A stretch of DNA of 64,000 bases from Eledone cirrhosa. Lineage: Eukaryota. Both the position numbers and the translations under genes were made by a program. The notes beneath the pieces are model-generated. The model saw nothing but the letters and a program-made list of their open reading frames with translations. It did not search any database and was not told where the DNA came from. The DNA is taken from positions 188,170,001-188,234,000 of the forward strand of contig OZ024740.1 of assembly GCA_964016885.1 (NCBI GenBank), in the 5' to 3' direction. Below, in pieces: positions 54,015 through 64,000 of the stretch (position 1 is the stretch's first letter; every line of letters begins with the position of its first letter).

Positions 54015-54357
54015 ATATATAACTAACTACAACAGTGGCATAAGAGGTACTCAAGTTTCATTGGGTTCTGGTCCCCAACTCATTCAGCCTGTCATGAGAA
54101 AAGGAAAAACAATTTTTTTTCTAAATTACCTGCCTCTGCGTAAACTCTTATGTTATATTCCTAAAAGGGAAGTACAATCAACCCTAGATGGTCATCTTTG
54201 CTTTTATTTTTCTCGTGACAGGCTGAATGATTTGGGGACCAGAACCCAATGAAACTTGAGTACCTGTTTATGTTACTGTTGTAATTATTTATAATAAAGT
54301 CGTCCTATGGACTGAGTGGTCTTACTCTTGAATATTTCCACTTAACTTTTACTTCGG
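54015..54357 (+). mobile_element. Fold-back PLE-derived element, family E
   Basis: ~54017-54102 pairs imperfectly with ~54206-54293; tail to 54357, then (TA)n. Confidence 0.8.
54217..54268 (+). ncRNA. Minimal hammerhead ribozyme motif, CUGAAUGA core (family E)
   Basis: gacagg-CUGAAUGA-t ttggg gaccagaa cccaa t-GAAA-cttgag-UA-cctgtt; antisense copy at ~54043-54094. Confidence 0.72.
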
Positions 54358-54479
54358 TATATACATATATATATGTGTGTACGTATGTATGTATATACAT
54401 GTGTGTGTGTGTGTGATGAAAGAATATCTGTATAAGGCTAGAAAAAAGTATGTACTTATTGGGGTTCAATTGCTAATCT

Positions 54480-54660
54480 TTTTCAAGAAGGATCTTTGTG
54501 TCTCCACCCATTTAGCCTAGCAATCTTTCCACAGTATAAGCACATCTGGAATGCTTCTTCTGGAATGGCTGTCAGTTTTACCTTTGCTGTCTGCGTCATG
54601 TCCATTCAGCTCTCAAAGTGAAAGCTTTACAGTGGCACCTTCATTTTTGTAAGCAATCAG
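54480..54660 (-). pseudogene. Mariner transposase C-terminal fragment
   Basis: KMKVPL*SFHFES*MDMTQTAKVKLTAIPEEAFQMCL resembles the mariner C-terminal KLK..LKG.RFES...AIP.EAFQ.CF motif. Confidence 0.6.
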
Positions 54661-55410
54661 AGAATATTTTCTCTTGAGTATTTTTCATTCCTTCTAGTCT
54701 GTGGACCCTTGTCGTTGGGTTTGAGATTATTGTGTAGATTCGCTTAATTAGATGGAATATTTGTATGGGTTTGTGTTTGATGTAAAAAGGAATTAATGTC
54801 AAAAGTCTGTAGTTTTGAAATATATGTCAGTTTCTATTTCTTTGTTTCTTCTTGTTATTTGTGTTTAGTAAAGGAAAGTTTTTGTTACTGAGGTTTATAT
54901 TATTTATGGTTTATATGATTTATAAAGGGCAGTGAATTGGCAGTATCGGTAGAGGGTTGGACGTCATGCTTTCTAGCATAGTTACGTCCCTTTACAGTCT
55001 GAGTTCAAATCCCGCCGAGGTTAACTTTGCCTTTCATCCTTACGGGGTCGATAAAATAAAGTACCAGTAATGTACTGGGTAATTGCTGGCCTTGTGCCTA
55101 AAGTAGAAACAATTATTTATGGTTTATATTATTTATGAGGCTTTGGAAATATTTAGATTTTCCTCCATAGATATCTTTTCCTGCTTTTTGGAGGTTGATA
55201 TTCGTTTTTGTTTTGGATCAATGATTCATCATAATTTTCTTCTTCAAAGAATTATTTTACTAGTCTGAGACTTATGCAGACGTCTGAAATATCATCTTTA
55301 ATTTCTTGTACATTTGGTTTTGCTGTCAATTTTAGTCCTTTATTTAATATATTTATTTGTATGGGTGTTAACAATGTTTGTGAGAAATAAATCAGTTTTG
55401 GTTTCTTGTG
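54660..55410 (-). pseudogene. Decayed PLE polyprotein with the RT core deleted
   Basis: N-terminal KLIYFSQTLLTPIQINILNKGLKLT...DISDVCISLRLVK*FF...SLIQNKNEYQPP is joined to thumb-region NFPLLN...EIETDIYFKTTD...NIP...RIYTIISNPTTRVHRL. The T-rich skewed block to ~56340 is probably the same element. Confidence 0.75.
54927..55112 (+). mobile_element. SINE family 1 with ~27-bp target-site duplication
   Basis: Full-length copy; 54900-54926 resembles 55113-55139 (3 mismatches). Confidence 0.9.
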
Positions 55411-56626
55411 AGTATAAATGAATCTATTTTCCTGTTCTTTTGGCTTTGGTCTAAAACGCAGTTATTAGAACGTGTTCCTTTATATTATTCCTATTATCAG
55501 TATTTTTTATTTTCTTAGTTTTCTAACTATTGTGTACATTGTTTATTATCCTGTTACTTGTACATGTTCCTTATGTGGTGACTTTGGGTCGATCTGAGAT
55601 TAATTCTGTAGCCCTGATTGTGGTTTTGATTTCCGTTTCTTCTATCTTTATATGTATCCTGTTTATGGTTATTCATTTGGGGGTAACTTCAGTTTTATCT
55701 TGAATTATTTATGTACATATAGGCTTGGAACATATTATATCATCTTGGTAGCCTGTTTACGTGTTTTATATAATGGCACATATATTGTAAATTCTATGAT
55801 TACATTTCTGTCAAAGTTTCTGTTTGCATCTAGCCTATATTGGGTTTTTTGTTAATAAGTTGGATATTGGTGTTGTGTTGTATTAATAGTATCAGTGTAG
55901 GTTTCCGTGTTGCTCATTTTTGTTTTCTTCAAAAGTGCGTTTTCTAAAGTGTATTCTATTTTAAACTGTTCTTTATTATTTGAGAACCAGATTTAGTTTT
56001 TATCCTTATTTCATAATGAGATCAGTTCCTAGTTCTCACATTATTGTTTCCATAGTTTATAAAAGTGATTTAATAGTTTTCTGTTGTATTTTTAGGCACT
56101 TTCAATTTCCATTTGTTTATCAATGCCCTTTTATTTTTGTTCATTTGGCATTGCTCATAATTTCATTATTTTAATTTCATTACATTTTTTTCAAGAGACA
56201 GTTTTGTTATAGTTGTTTATGTGGTTTTATTTATTCATTGATCTTTTTGAGTCATACCTTCCTTAATGATATTAGTGGGGATCTCTCTGTTGTTGTTATT
56301 CTTTAGTATATTCCAGAACATGATTTTTCTGAGGTTGAGGCTTTTTGACTATATACAGCCTAATCAGGTTTCCTCTAAGTAAAGTATATTTGTATGTATG
56401 TATATATACATACACACACACACGCACAGATAAATGCACATGGATGCACAACCAATGTGGCCATGTTTACAACAGTATGTTGTCATATCACTTGACAGTA
56501 GATGTTATTCTACTTTACTCAATGATCTGTGACTGAAATGAATAGGTACCAGAGGGTCTGAAAATTATTGTACAATAAAATAGTTGCTTACATAATAGTT
56601 TTCACATTTAACATATAAATGATAGA

Positions 56627-56842
56627 AGAGCGGAAGATTGGCAGTATTGGTAGAGGTTTGGACAACATGTTTTGCAGCATAGAGTTAAGTCCCTTTAAAT
56701 TCTGATTTCAAATTCTGCAAAGGTTAGATTTGCCTTTCATCTTTATGGGGTTGATGAAATAAGGTCCCAGAAATACATTGGTGTTAATTTGATTAAACTG
56801 CCTACCTTCAAAATCTTTGGCTTTGTGCCTAAATCAGAAAAC
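56627..56842 (+). mobile_element. SINE family 1, older copy
   Basis: Degenerate full-length match. Confidence 0.75.
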
Positions 56843-57195
56843 ATGTATGTATTTCTGTATGAATGAATGTGTGTCTGTGTATGCATACATACACAGGTTC
56901 ATGCACACATCCACACATTTATATATAATATACATTATTGTTTAAAATTGAGATATTGATCATAAAACTGTTATAGGTACTGATTTTAAACAAAATAAAA
57001 AAAGATAACAGACACTAACTTCATATCTATCAGATTTCTATAAGACACTATAGAGTTCCATATATAATTTTCTGTTAAATTAGATTGCTTCAAATTTCTA
57101 CTACATCAAGTATCAGATTAGGATCACAGGTAGTTTTGTAGCCACTTAGCTTCTGTTTGAGTGGCTGTTTATCTTCTATCCTAGTTTAGTGCTTG

Positions 57196-57226
<31 letters not shown>

Positions 57227-57232
<6 letters not shown>

Positions 57233-58419
57233 CATCATCATCACTGTTTTACGTCTGTTCTTTCATGCTAGCATGGGTTAGACGGGTTGTCCTGTTGTGG
57301 GCAGTGTCCAGTCAGCTGACCTTGTCTTTCCCATACGGGAACTGATTTGGGCTTGATTTCTACAGCTGGATGCCCTTTCTAACACCAACCTCATTTACAG
57401 TGAGTGCTGGGTGCTTTTTTTCCATGGCGCCTATATGTTCACTTTACACTGTGGGCTGAGTGCTTCTTTGCTGTGGCACCTCCACGACCACTTTCCAGTG
57501 GGAGGGGATGGGCACATATTGTCTATATGCTTCAGCTTGTACTCATGGGAGGTCGAGTCTTCTGTATTACTGCATCACGCCAGAGGTTGCAGTCATGTGT
57601 CATTGCCTTTGAGAGGTGAAATAGGGTAAGGTTGGCTTTTATCACCTCATCCCAGGTCTTCTTAGGTCTCCCCACTCTGCAGCTTCCATCGACTTCTAGT
57701 GCTCTGTACCTTTTTATGCAGCTGTCTTCCTTCATACGCATCACATGTCCATACCAACACAACCTCCTCTCCTGCACACAGCATTTGATTCCTCTTATGC
57801 TCAGTCTCCCTCTCAATTCGTCTTTGCTTTGCCGTTCATGTATATTACTATTACACATCCAAAGCTTTGTTTCTTTCTAATCTACGCAAGTCTTCTACAG
57901 GCAGAGCCCAGGTCTCACTACTATGTAACATTGCTGTTCGTATACACACATCATACAGTCTGCCTTTCATTTTGTGGAAAAAGCTGTTTGCAGCTAGCAG
58001 TGGCAGTAGCTCCCTGAACTTCTTCCATCCCGTTCTTACCCTAGTCATTGTACTTTACGAACACCCACCTCCACTGCTAATTCAGTCACCTAGGTAGCAA
58101 AAGCTGTCTACTGTTTCTACAGAGCCCTCCCAGAGTTTAGTGGTGCTTATTTCCTGTGGCTATTTACTGCCTGCTGTCCCAGCGCAGCTGCTACATGTGA
58201 AGCTTACATTCTTAGTTACACTTCCTGAGATCCCGCTACATCTCTTGTGTACCCATTGTTTGCATTTGGGGCAGAGGATGGAGTTCCTACCTACACCTTT
58301 CCTACATACTGAGCATGCCGATTTCCCTGAGGGGATCTTGGTTCTGTTTTCTCGTCTACTTACGAGGACCTTAGTCTTTGTCAGATGACTTTGGGACTCT
58401 TTCTTTGTAGTCCCTCCTT
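57227..58419 (-). mobile_element. 5'-truncated, frameshifted RTE LINE
   Basis: Colinear with 1860-3025; (TA)n on both sides. Confidence 0.92.
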
Positions 58420-58699
58420 ATATATATATATATATATATGCCAGAGAGAGAGAGAGTTGCATATAACTCTGTAACAGTATGTTGGTACAACAAAACATCC
58501 AGCCAGAAACAGTCCTATACGAGCGAGCCATGGTCAACCCACCCAACTTGCCTCAAATAGGACAAAATCATCTAATCCATGTTAGCATGAAAGATAGACG
58601 TTAAACGAAGATATCAATGATGATAGTCACTTGCTAGCAGCAAAAGTATATGTTAAACTATGATGATGACAATGAATATATATATATATATATATATAT

Positions 58700-58768
58700 A
58701 TTTATTAAAATAACAGATTAAAGTTTAAGCAAAGAATCGCTGCTTTCATCCTTAACGGGATCTTCTGA
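58700..58768 (-). mobile_element. Family A arm
   Basis: One mismatch from 917-985. Confidence 0.85.
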
Positions 58769-58771
58769 TTT

Positions 58772-59180
58772 TAAAAGATCAGAGTCCATATACAGTTGAT
58801 TCAGGTTTATTTAAAACTCCATTATACATATTTCACTGAGGACTATCAATTATGATAGCCTCAGCTTTCCAGATAGCAAAACCTAAAATAAACATAGTAA
58901 GTTTTTAGAAATCTTTTTTTCAAATTTTAAAGGTTTCTTAGGAAGTTTCTATGTTTATTTTAGGTGGTGCCGTCTGAAGAGATGATGCTATCATAATTGA
59001 TAGTCCTTAGTGAAATATGTATAATGAGTTTTAAATAAACCTGAATCAACTGAATATGGCCCCCGATCTTTTATTAATATATAATGAATGCTCCATCTTG
59101 TACCATTTATACAGGTCATTGAGCACTTATTTTTATCTGCTTCACAACCAACAGACCATGATCCACACATCCCTTATTCT
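58772..59180 (+). mobile_element. Fold-back PLE-derived element, family F (~300-bp imperfect hairpin + tail)
   Basis: 58772-58859 pairs with 58987-59073 and acctaaaataaacatag pairs with ctatgtttattttaggt; tail to 59180, then TA repeat. Confidence 0.78.
58970..59027 (+). ncRNA. Hammerhead ribozyme motif (family F)
   Basis: ccgt-CUGAAGA-...gctatca taat tgatagt...-GAAA-tatgta-UA-atg. The left arm supplies atgg, completing stem I. Confidence 0.6.
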
Positions 59181-59516
59181 ATATATATAATTACATATAT
59201 ATATGTATGAATGTATCATGCTTTCTGAAATTATATATACATAAACATTTTTAAAGATTAACACTTCTGACTGAAAATCACTTAAAACTGCTCTGGTACT
59301 ATGATACAAATCCATTTATTCAATATAAAATTATCATAGTTATATTGAAATATTTTATAACTTTAAGTTAGAAAACGTGTCTAACACCTGTTCAATGATG
59401 AGAAATTTAGTTGATTTATGAAATCCCTCAAAATTCTTGATTATTTCCTAAATCAGCGGCAGTGTGCATTTCATTAGAAATGTGGATAGTTAGTCATATA
59501 TATATGTGTGGTGCAT

Positions 59517-59547
<31 letters not shown>

Positions 59548-60730
59548 GTAACTAATCTAGACATTTTCAGAAGCTTTTTTATTTTTGAAATTTTACTTCA
59601 GGAAATTTGAATTATTTCTGTGTCACTAAAAAGCTTTTAAACAATTATCATTAATTTACTATCATTTTTCCCCTGGAAATAGCAGAATTGAATTTTCAAA
59701 TAATATTGTTCTTTATTGATTTATACACTTTGTTTCTTTTAGACTTTGTTTGAGAATACTATGTTTGACTTATGAAATAGTATTTGTAATTTTATCATCA
59801 GTTTGACTGGTGTCAAAATTTTGCAGAATATTTTTCTGTGAACACTCTTTTCAATTGCAAAATATAATAATTCATTTTATAGTAGAAACTCCAAATATAA
59901 TTTCATCATATCAGACGCTAAAAGTTGTTATTATAACTAGAAGAAACACTGACCTCCAGGGAGCTTTTCCTAGCTTATGTAATGCATATTATCTTGTTTG
60001 TTTTTTTTTATATAGGAATGCATTGTTCAATATGTTCTTTCCTAATTTAAATTAAAGTGTAATTTGAGGGACATTTAGCAGCTATTTCTAGCATTGCAAG
60101 TAACTGCATAGAGGTCTACTCTCATTGGCTTTAATTAAACTTCATCATCGTTGTTTAGCTTTTGATCTGCCTTATCAAACAACCCTATGATGATGGACAT
60201 TCTAATTATGACTATCCTGTATACCATGAAGAAGTACATTATCAAATATAACCATTATTGAAGATGGTTAAGTGTGATTCGAAGGAGATTTTACTGTTAT
60301 TTACAGTAGGTCAAGTTACCATGTATAGTTTCTCTTGTTGAATATTAAGACCAAACATCAAACATACAATGATGTCACCTTACAGGGGGAAAACATTGTT
60401 ATGTGATGATATGGCAAGCAAATAAGACAACAATCTTGTGTCCTAGAAAACAACACTCTTTTCACATTCTCATTCCATTCCTTCAGAGAGGTGGTTGTTG
60501 GAAAAGGTTTGAGATAATTATATTTCATTAGCAGAAGCATTAAAGTATCAAATGAAATGTGCTGCACTCTGTTAAGTTCAACTGTTAACTTTTATCCTTC
60601 TGGAATCAGTAAGTAAAGTATCTGTCAAGGACAGTTAACCAGCAAAGTTGTTAACACCTCAGATAAGATGTCTTGTGGTATTTAGGCATTTTCAGTTCAA
60701 ATCCTGATGTTGCAAACTTGGGAAACATAC

Positions 60731-60903
60731 TTAATTCATCACCCAGTTTAATATGTCCACCTGACTCTTGTCTTCCTTTAATGTTCACTCTATTGCAAAT
60801 ATTCAGGTGAGGTCTCTCATTTAAGGACACTTTCCTTTCTCTCAACTCAAGCCCACCCATGTTTAATGCCATCTGAGAAGGGTCATGTTCACTCACCTTC
60901 TTC
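60731..60903 (-). CDS. Candidate internal exon of an unidentified gene
   Basis: Acceptor tctctttttaaacttaatcag, donor gtatgt, 173 nt, open frame KKVSEHDPSQMALNMGGLELRERK...LGDEL, higher GC than flanks; no recognised homology. Confidence 0.3.
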
Positions 60904-61294
60904 CTGATTAAGTTTAAAAAGAGAATGGTGTTTGGTGAAAAAGGCAGTGTGAGGTATAAGCTACTTAGGGAGAATTAGTTTTTTGGGGTAAGATATATTG
61001 ATATACTGACATAAGGTCTGTTATAATAAGGATTAAAGAAAACAATCAACAAAATTCTCAGAAATGATCATACAAATACACAAAGCATAGAAAATCATTA
61101 TTTTTGTATACTTTATAAAATTTATTAATTCTATATATAATTATCTGCTGTTGTTTCTTTGGTGTTTCAGCTTTGCTTCTCACATATATACAAATGCATT
61201 TGTGTGTATGAGAGGAAGAGGCAAGGAGAAAGAGAGAGAGAAGCAAGGCGATAGAGATATATAGAGAGAGATAATGAGAGACAAAATGAGAGAG

Positions 61295-61625
61295 TCATCA
61301 TCACCGTTTTACGTCCGTTCTTCTACGCTAGCATGGATTAGACAGGTTGTCCTGTTGTGGGCAGTGTCTGGTTGGCTGACCTTGTCTTGCTCATATGGGA
61401 ACTGATTCTGGCTTGATTTCTACAGCTGGATGCCCTTCCTAACACCAACCTCATTTACAGTGAGTGCTGGTAATTTTTTCTCGTGGCACCTACATGTCCA
61501 ATTTGCAGTGTGGGCTGGGTGCTTTTTTGCAGTGGAATGTTAGGGACCCCAGTCCTATCATCTCATTTCTAAAGCTGAGTAAACTGGAGCAATGTGAAAT
61601 AAAGTGTCTTGCTCAAGGAAACAAG
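61295..61625 (-). mobile_element. 5'-truncated SINE family 2 with RTE-derived tail
   Basis: Same RTE-UTR/SINE-body junction (tttgcagtggaat...gaccccagtc) as 18020-18360. Confidence 0.85.
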
Positions 61626-64000
61626 AGTGTATCTAAGTTAGAAAGAGAGAGTGAGAGAGATAAATGGGTGTGGGTGTAATTTTGTTTCTTATACTGATGG
61701 AGATCTCATATGAATTAAATATAAAGAAAAAAATAAGATCACTTATCTATTTTTAAAGTATGCAAATGTCGTTTGGCCAGGCTTCTATGACCATGGAATT
61801 CTAAAGAGAAATAAGTTATAAATTATTTCAGAATATTGGTTTTTCTTTGAGTGTTGACACTGTTGCTACCTAAGATTTTTAAAATTTTTTATTGGCAGTT
61901 TTATTATTGAATATGTTTTAAATCGCATTTCTTTTCTTCTTATTTTGTTCTAATTTTGTTTTCTCGTTTTCTCTTGCCATGAGAAATTTTTAGATGTTTT
62001 TCATACTTCCTTTTTTATGGTTAGTTTTGCTAAAACTGCCTTAGAACATATTGTGTAATATCTATAAAAGGAGTTGTTTCCTTTTAATACTACATACATT
62101 TAAAGTTGTTCATTTGAAATGTTGAACACTTTCATAAATATCTACTTGTTATTCAATGTTTCCCTTTGTCTTACTTTTTGGTGATGTGGAGGTGCATGTT
62201 TATCATTCCATACGAAAGTTTCATTGATTTGATTTACATATTGAAGAATAGGGCCTTACAAAATAATTATTAACTCAGATATATGAAAATTGATATTCAA
62301 GTATATTGTACTTAACCTTACATTTATGTTCCTTTCATCACAAATGTGATTGATGATATTGTTTCGATGTTGGTAGTTGTGATGGTGACATTCTCTCAGA
62401 ATCAAATCCAATAAATCCTATATACACATATATATTCCTATATATATTTATATAACTACCCAGACATATTCTCGGATATTGTCACATGCGTACATGTTTT
62501 GAATGATTTAATTGAGAAAAACTTTTGAATGATGTGCATGACATAACCTGGATTTCTTGATTTATAAATCAATAAAAGAAGACATCACTTTTAATGCATT
62601 AGGAAATAATCTTGTGAAGTATTATATAAGGCTTAGTTATTAGACTTCAAACATTATGTGCTGTATTATTGCTGCAAATCAGTAATTGAGAAACGTTTCC
62701 CCTTGGCAAATCGATCTATATATATACTTAGCAATGTTCCTTAGAAAACATGAATCATTATTTCAGCAATGCAGCATTTCTTTGCAATATGAAAATACAA
62801 AGTTTGGAATATATATTTTGCAATTCAATTATAGATTTGATCACTTTAAGGTTTTAATGAAGTATAAAAATATTTATGATTAATATTTTACATAAGATCA
62901 AATATATTCTTAATTCATCATTGAAAAATTATATAGATATATAAACATTGAAAGTGAGGAAAGACTAAATATATATTAAGAAAGGAACAGAAAACTAGAA
63001 CTGTTTGTCCATCTGTTTATCCCACTGTACTTTTCTCTTCTCTCCTATATGAATATAGATAATGATATGTTAATGGATTTAGATATTTCAATAAGTGAAT
63101 AAACGAAAGAGTACATAGATAAAAAAAAACATTAATCCATACAAAATATTTATTTTTTCAATGATAAAATGTTTCTTTCTATAATTTTCGTTCCTTCAAA
63201 AATTTATTTTAGATATAAATAATGGAGTATGGGCTATAGACTTAGCTTAAATATTTCACTAAAATATAAAGGTAAATTGTGTATTTTTGCATATGTTAGT
63301 ACCTATGTTCATGCATGTTGGACATGTCTGATATATTATACATCATTAATTGACTAGGACTCCAAGTGACACCTCCAGTGGTTAATTCATTCAGTCTAAG
63401 ACCTCAATCAATCCAAGATATATAATAAATTTGATTCTATTACCACTGTTGAGTTCTCAACTCATATAATCATTTATGTCAACATTCCTAACACACACAA
63501 TCAATATTTTCCCTTTATGTCCATATGTTCATGCTCACATGAGCTGGATAGATCATTATCATCTAAGCAAGTTCTTATTCAGTGTTAATGCCTTCATAGA
63601 TTGCTTGAGGGCCACATCGTACTTGTACATTCCATGTTTGGCTCTTGGATAGCCATACAACTACCAAGCACTTTATGGAGTGAACTTGGAATATTTTATC
63701 ATGGTACTGACAGGAGAGAGATTCTCTTTTCCCCAGCAAGAATAAAAAGTCCCTTCTATAAAACATTGTCTCAATATATATATATATAATCATCATCATC
63801 ATTTAACGTAGCTTGCGTTATATATGTATGTATATAATATATATATATATATATGTGCGTGTGTATGTGTGTGTCATTCCACTGATACTGCTTGGATAGC
63901 AAACAACATTAGTGTATGCTCTGTAGCTCACTGGTTTGTATGAAGAAAGCATTTGTTAACATTAGGAAAGGCATCTAAATATAGAATATAGCCATTGTCA

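Overview
AT-rich eukaryotic non-coding DNA, dense in microsatellites, most likely an octopus/cephalopod intron or intergenic region (inferred from the SINE/RTE repeat content and (TA)n density). No intact host gene is evident; there is one weak exon candidate at ~60.7-60.9 kb. The long ORFs belong to 5'-truncated RTE-clade LINEs (RT plus an internal PHD-like finger, (CAT)n tails). There are also two tRNA-type SINE families, decayed mariner and Penelope-like element (PLE) coding fragments, and a piggyBac-like MITE. The most striking signal is a set of at least six sequence-unrelated families of short fold-back elements inserted in (TA)n tracts. Each has an inverted repeat plus a one-sided ~65-140 bp tail, and each family carries a type I hammerhead ribozyme motif. 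Several cores are non-canonical (UUGANAA, CAGAAGA, CUGAAUGA, very long stem II). One copy retains a GIY-YIG endonuclease fragment, which ties the group to PLEs. All alignments, translations and folds were done by eye; coordinates of decayed repeats are approximate.
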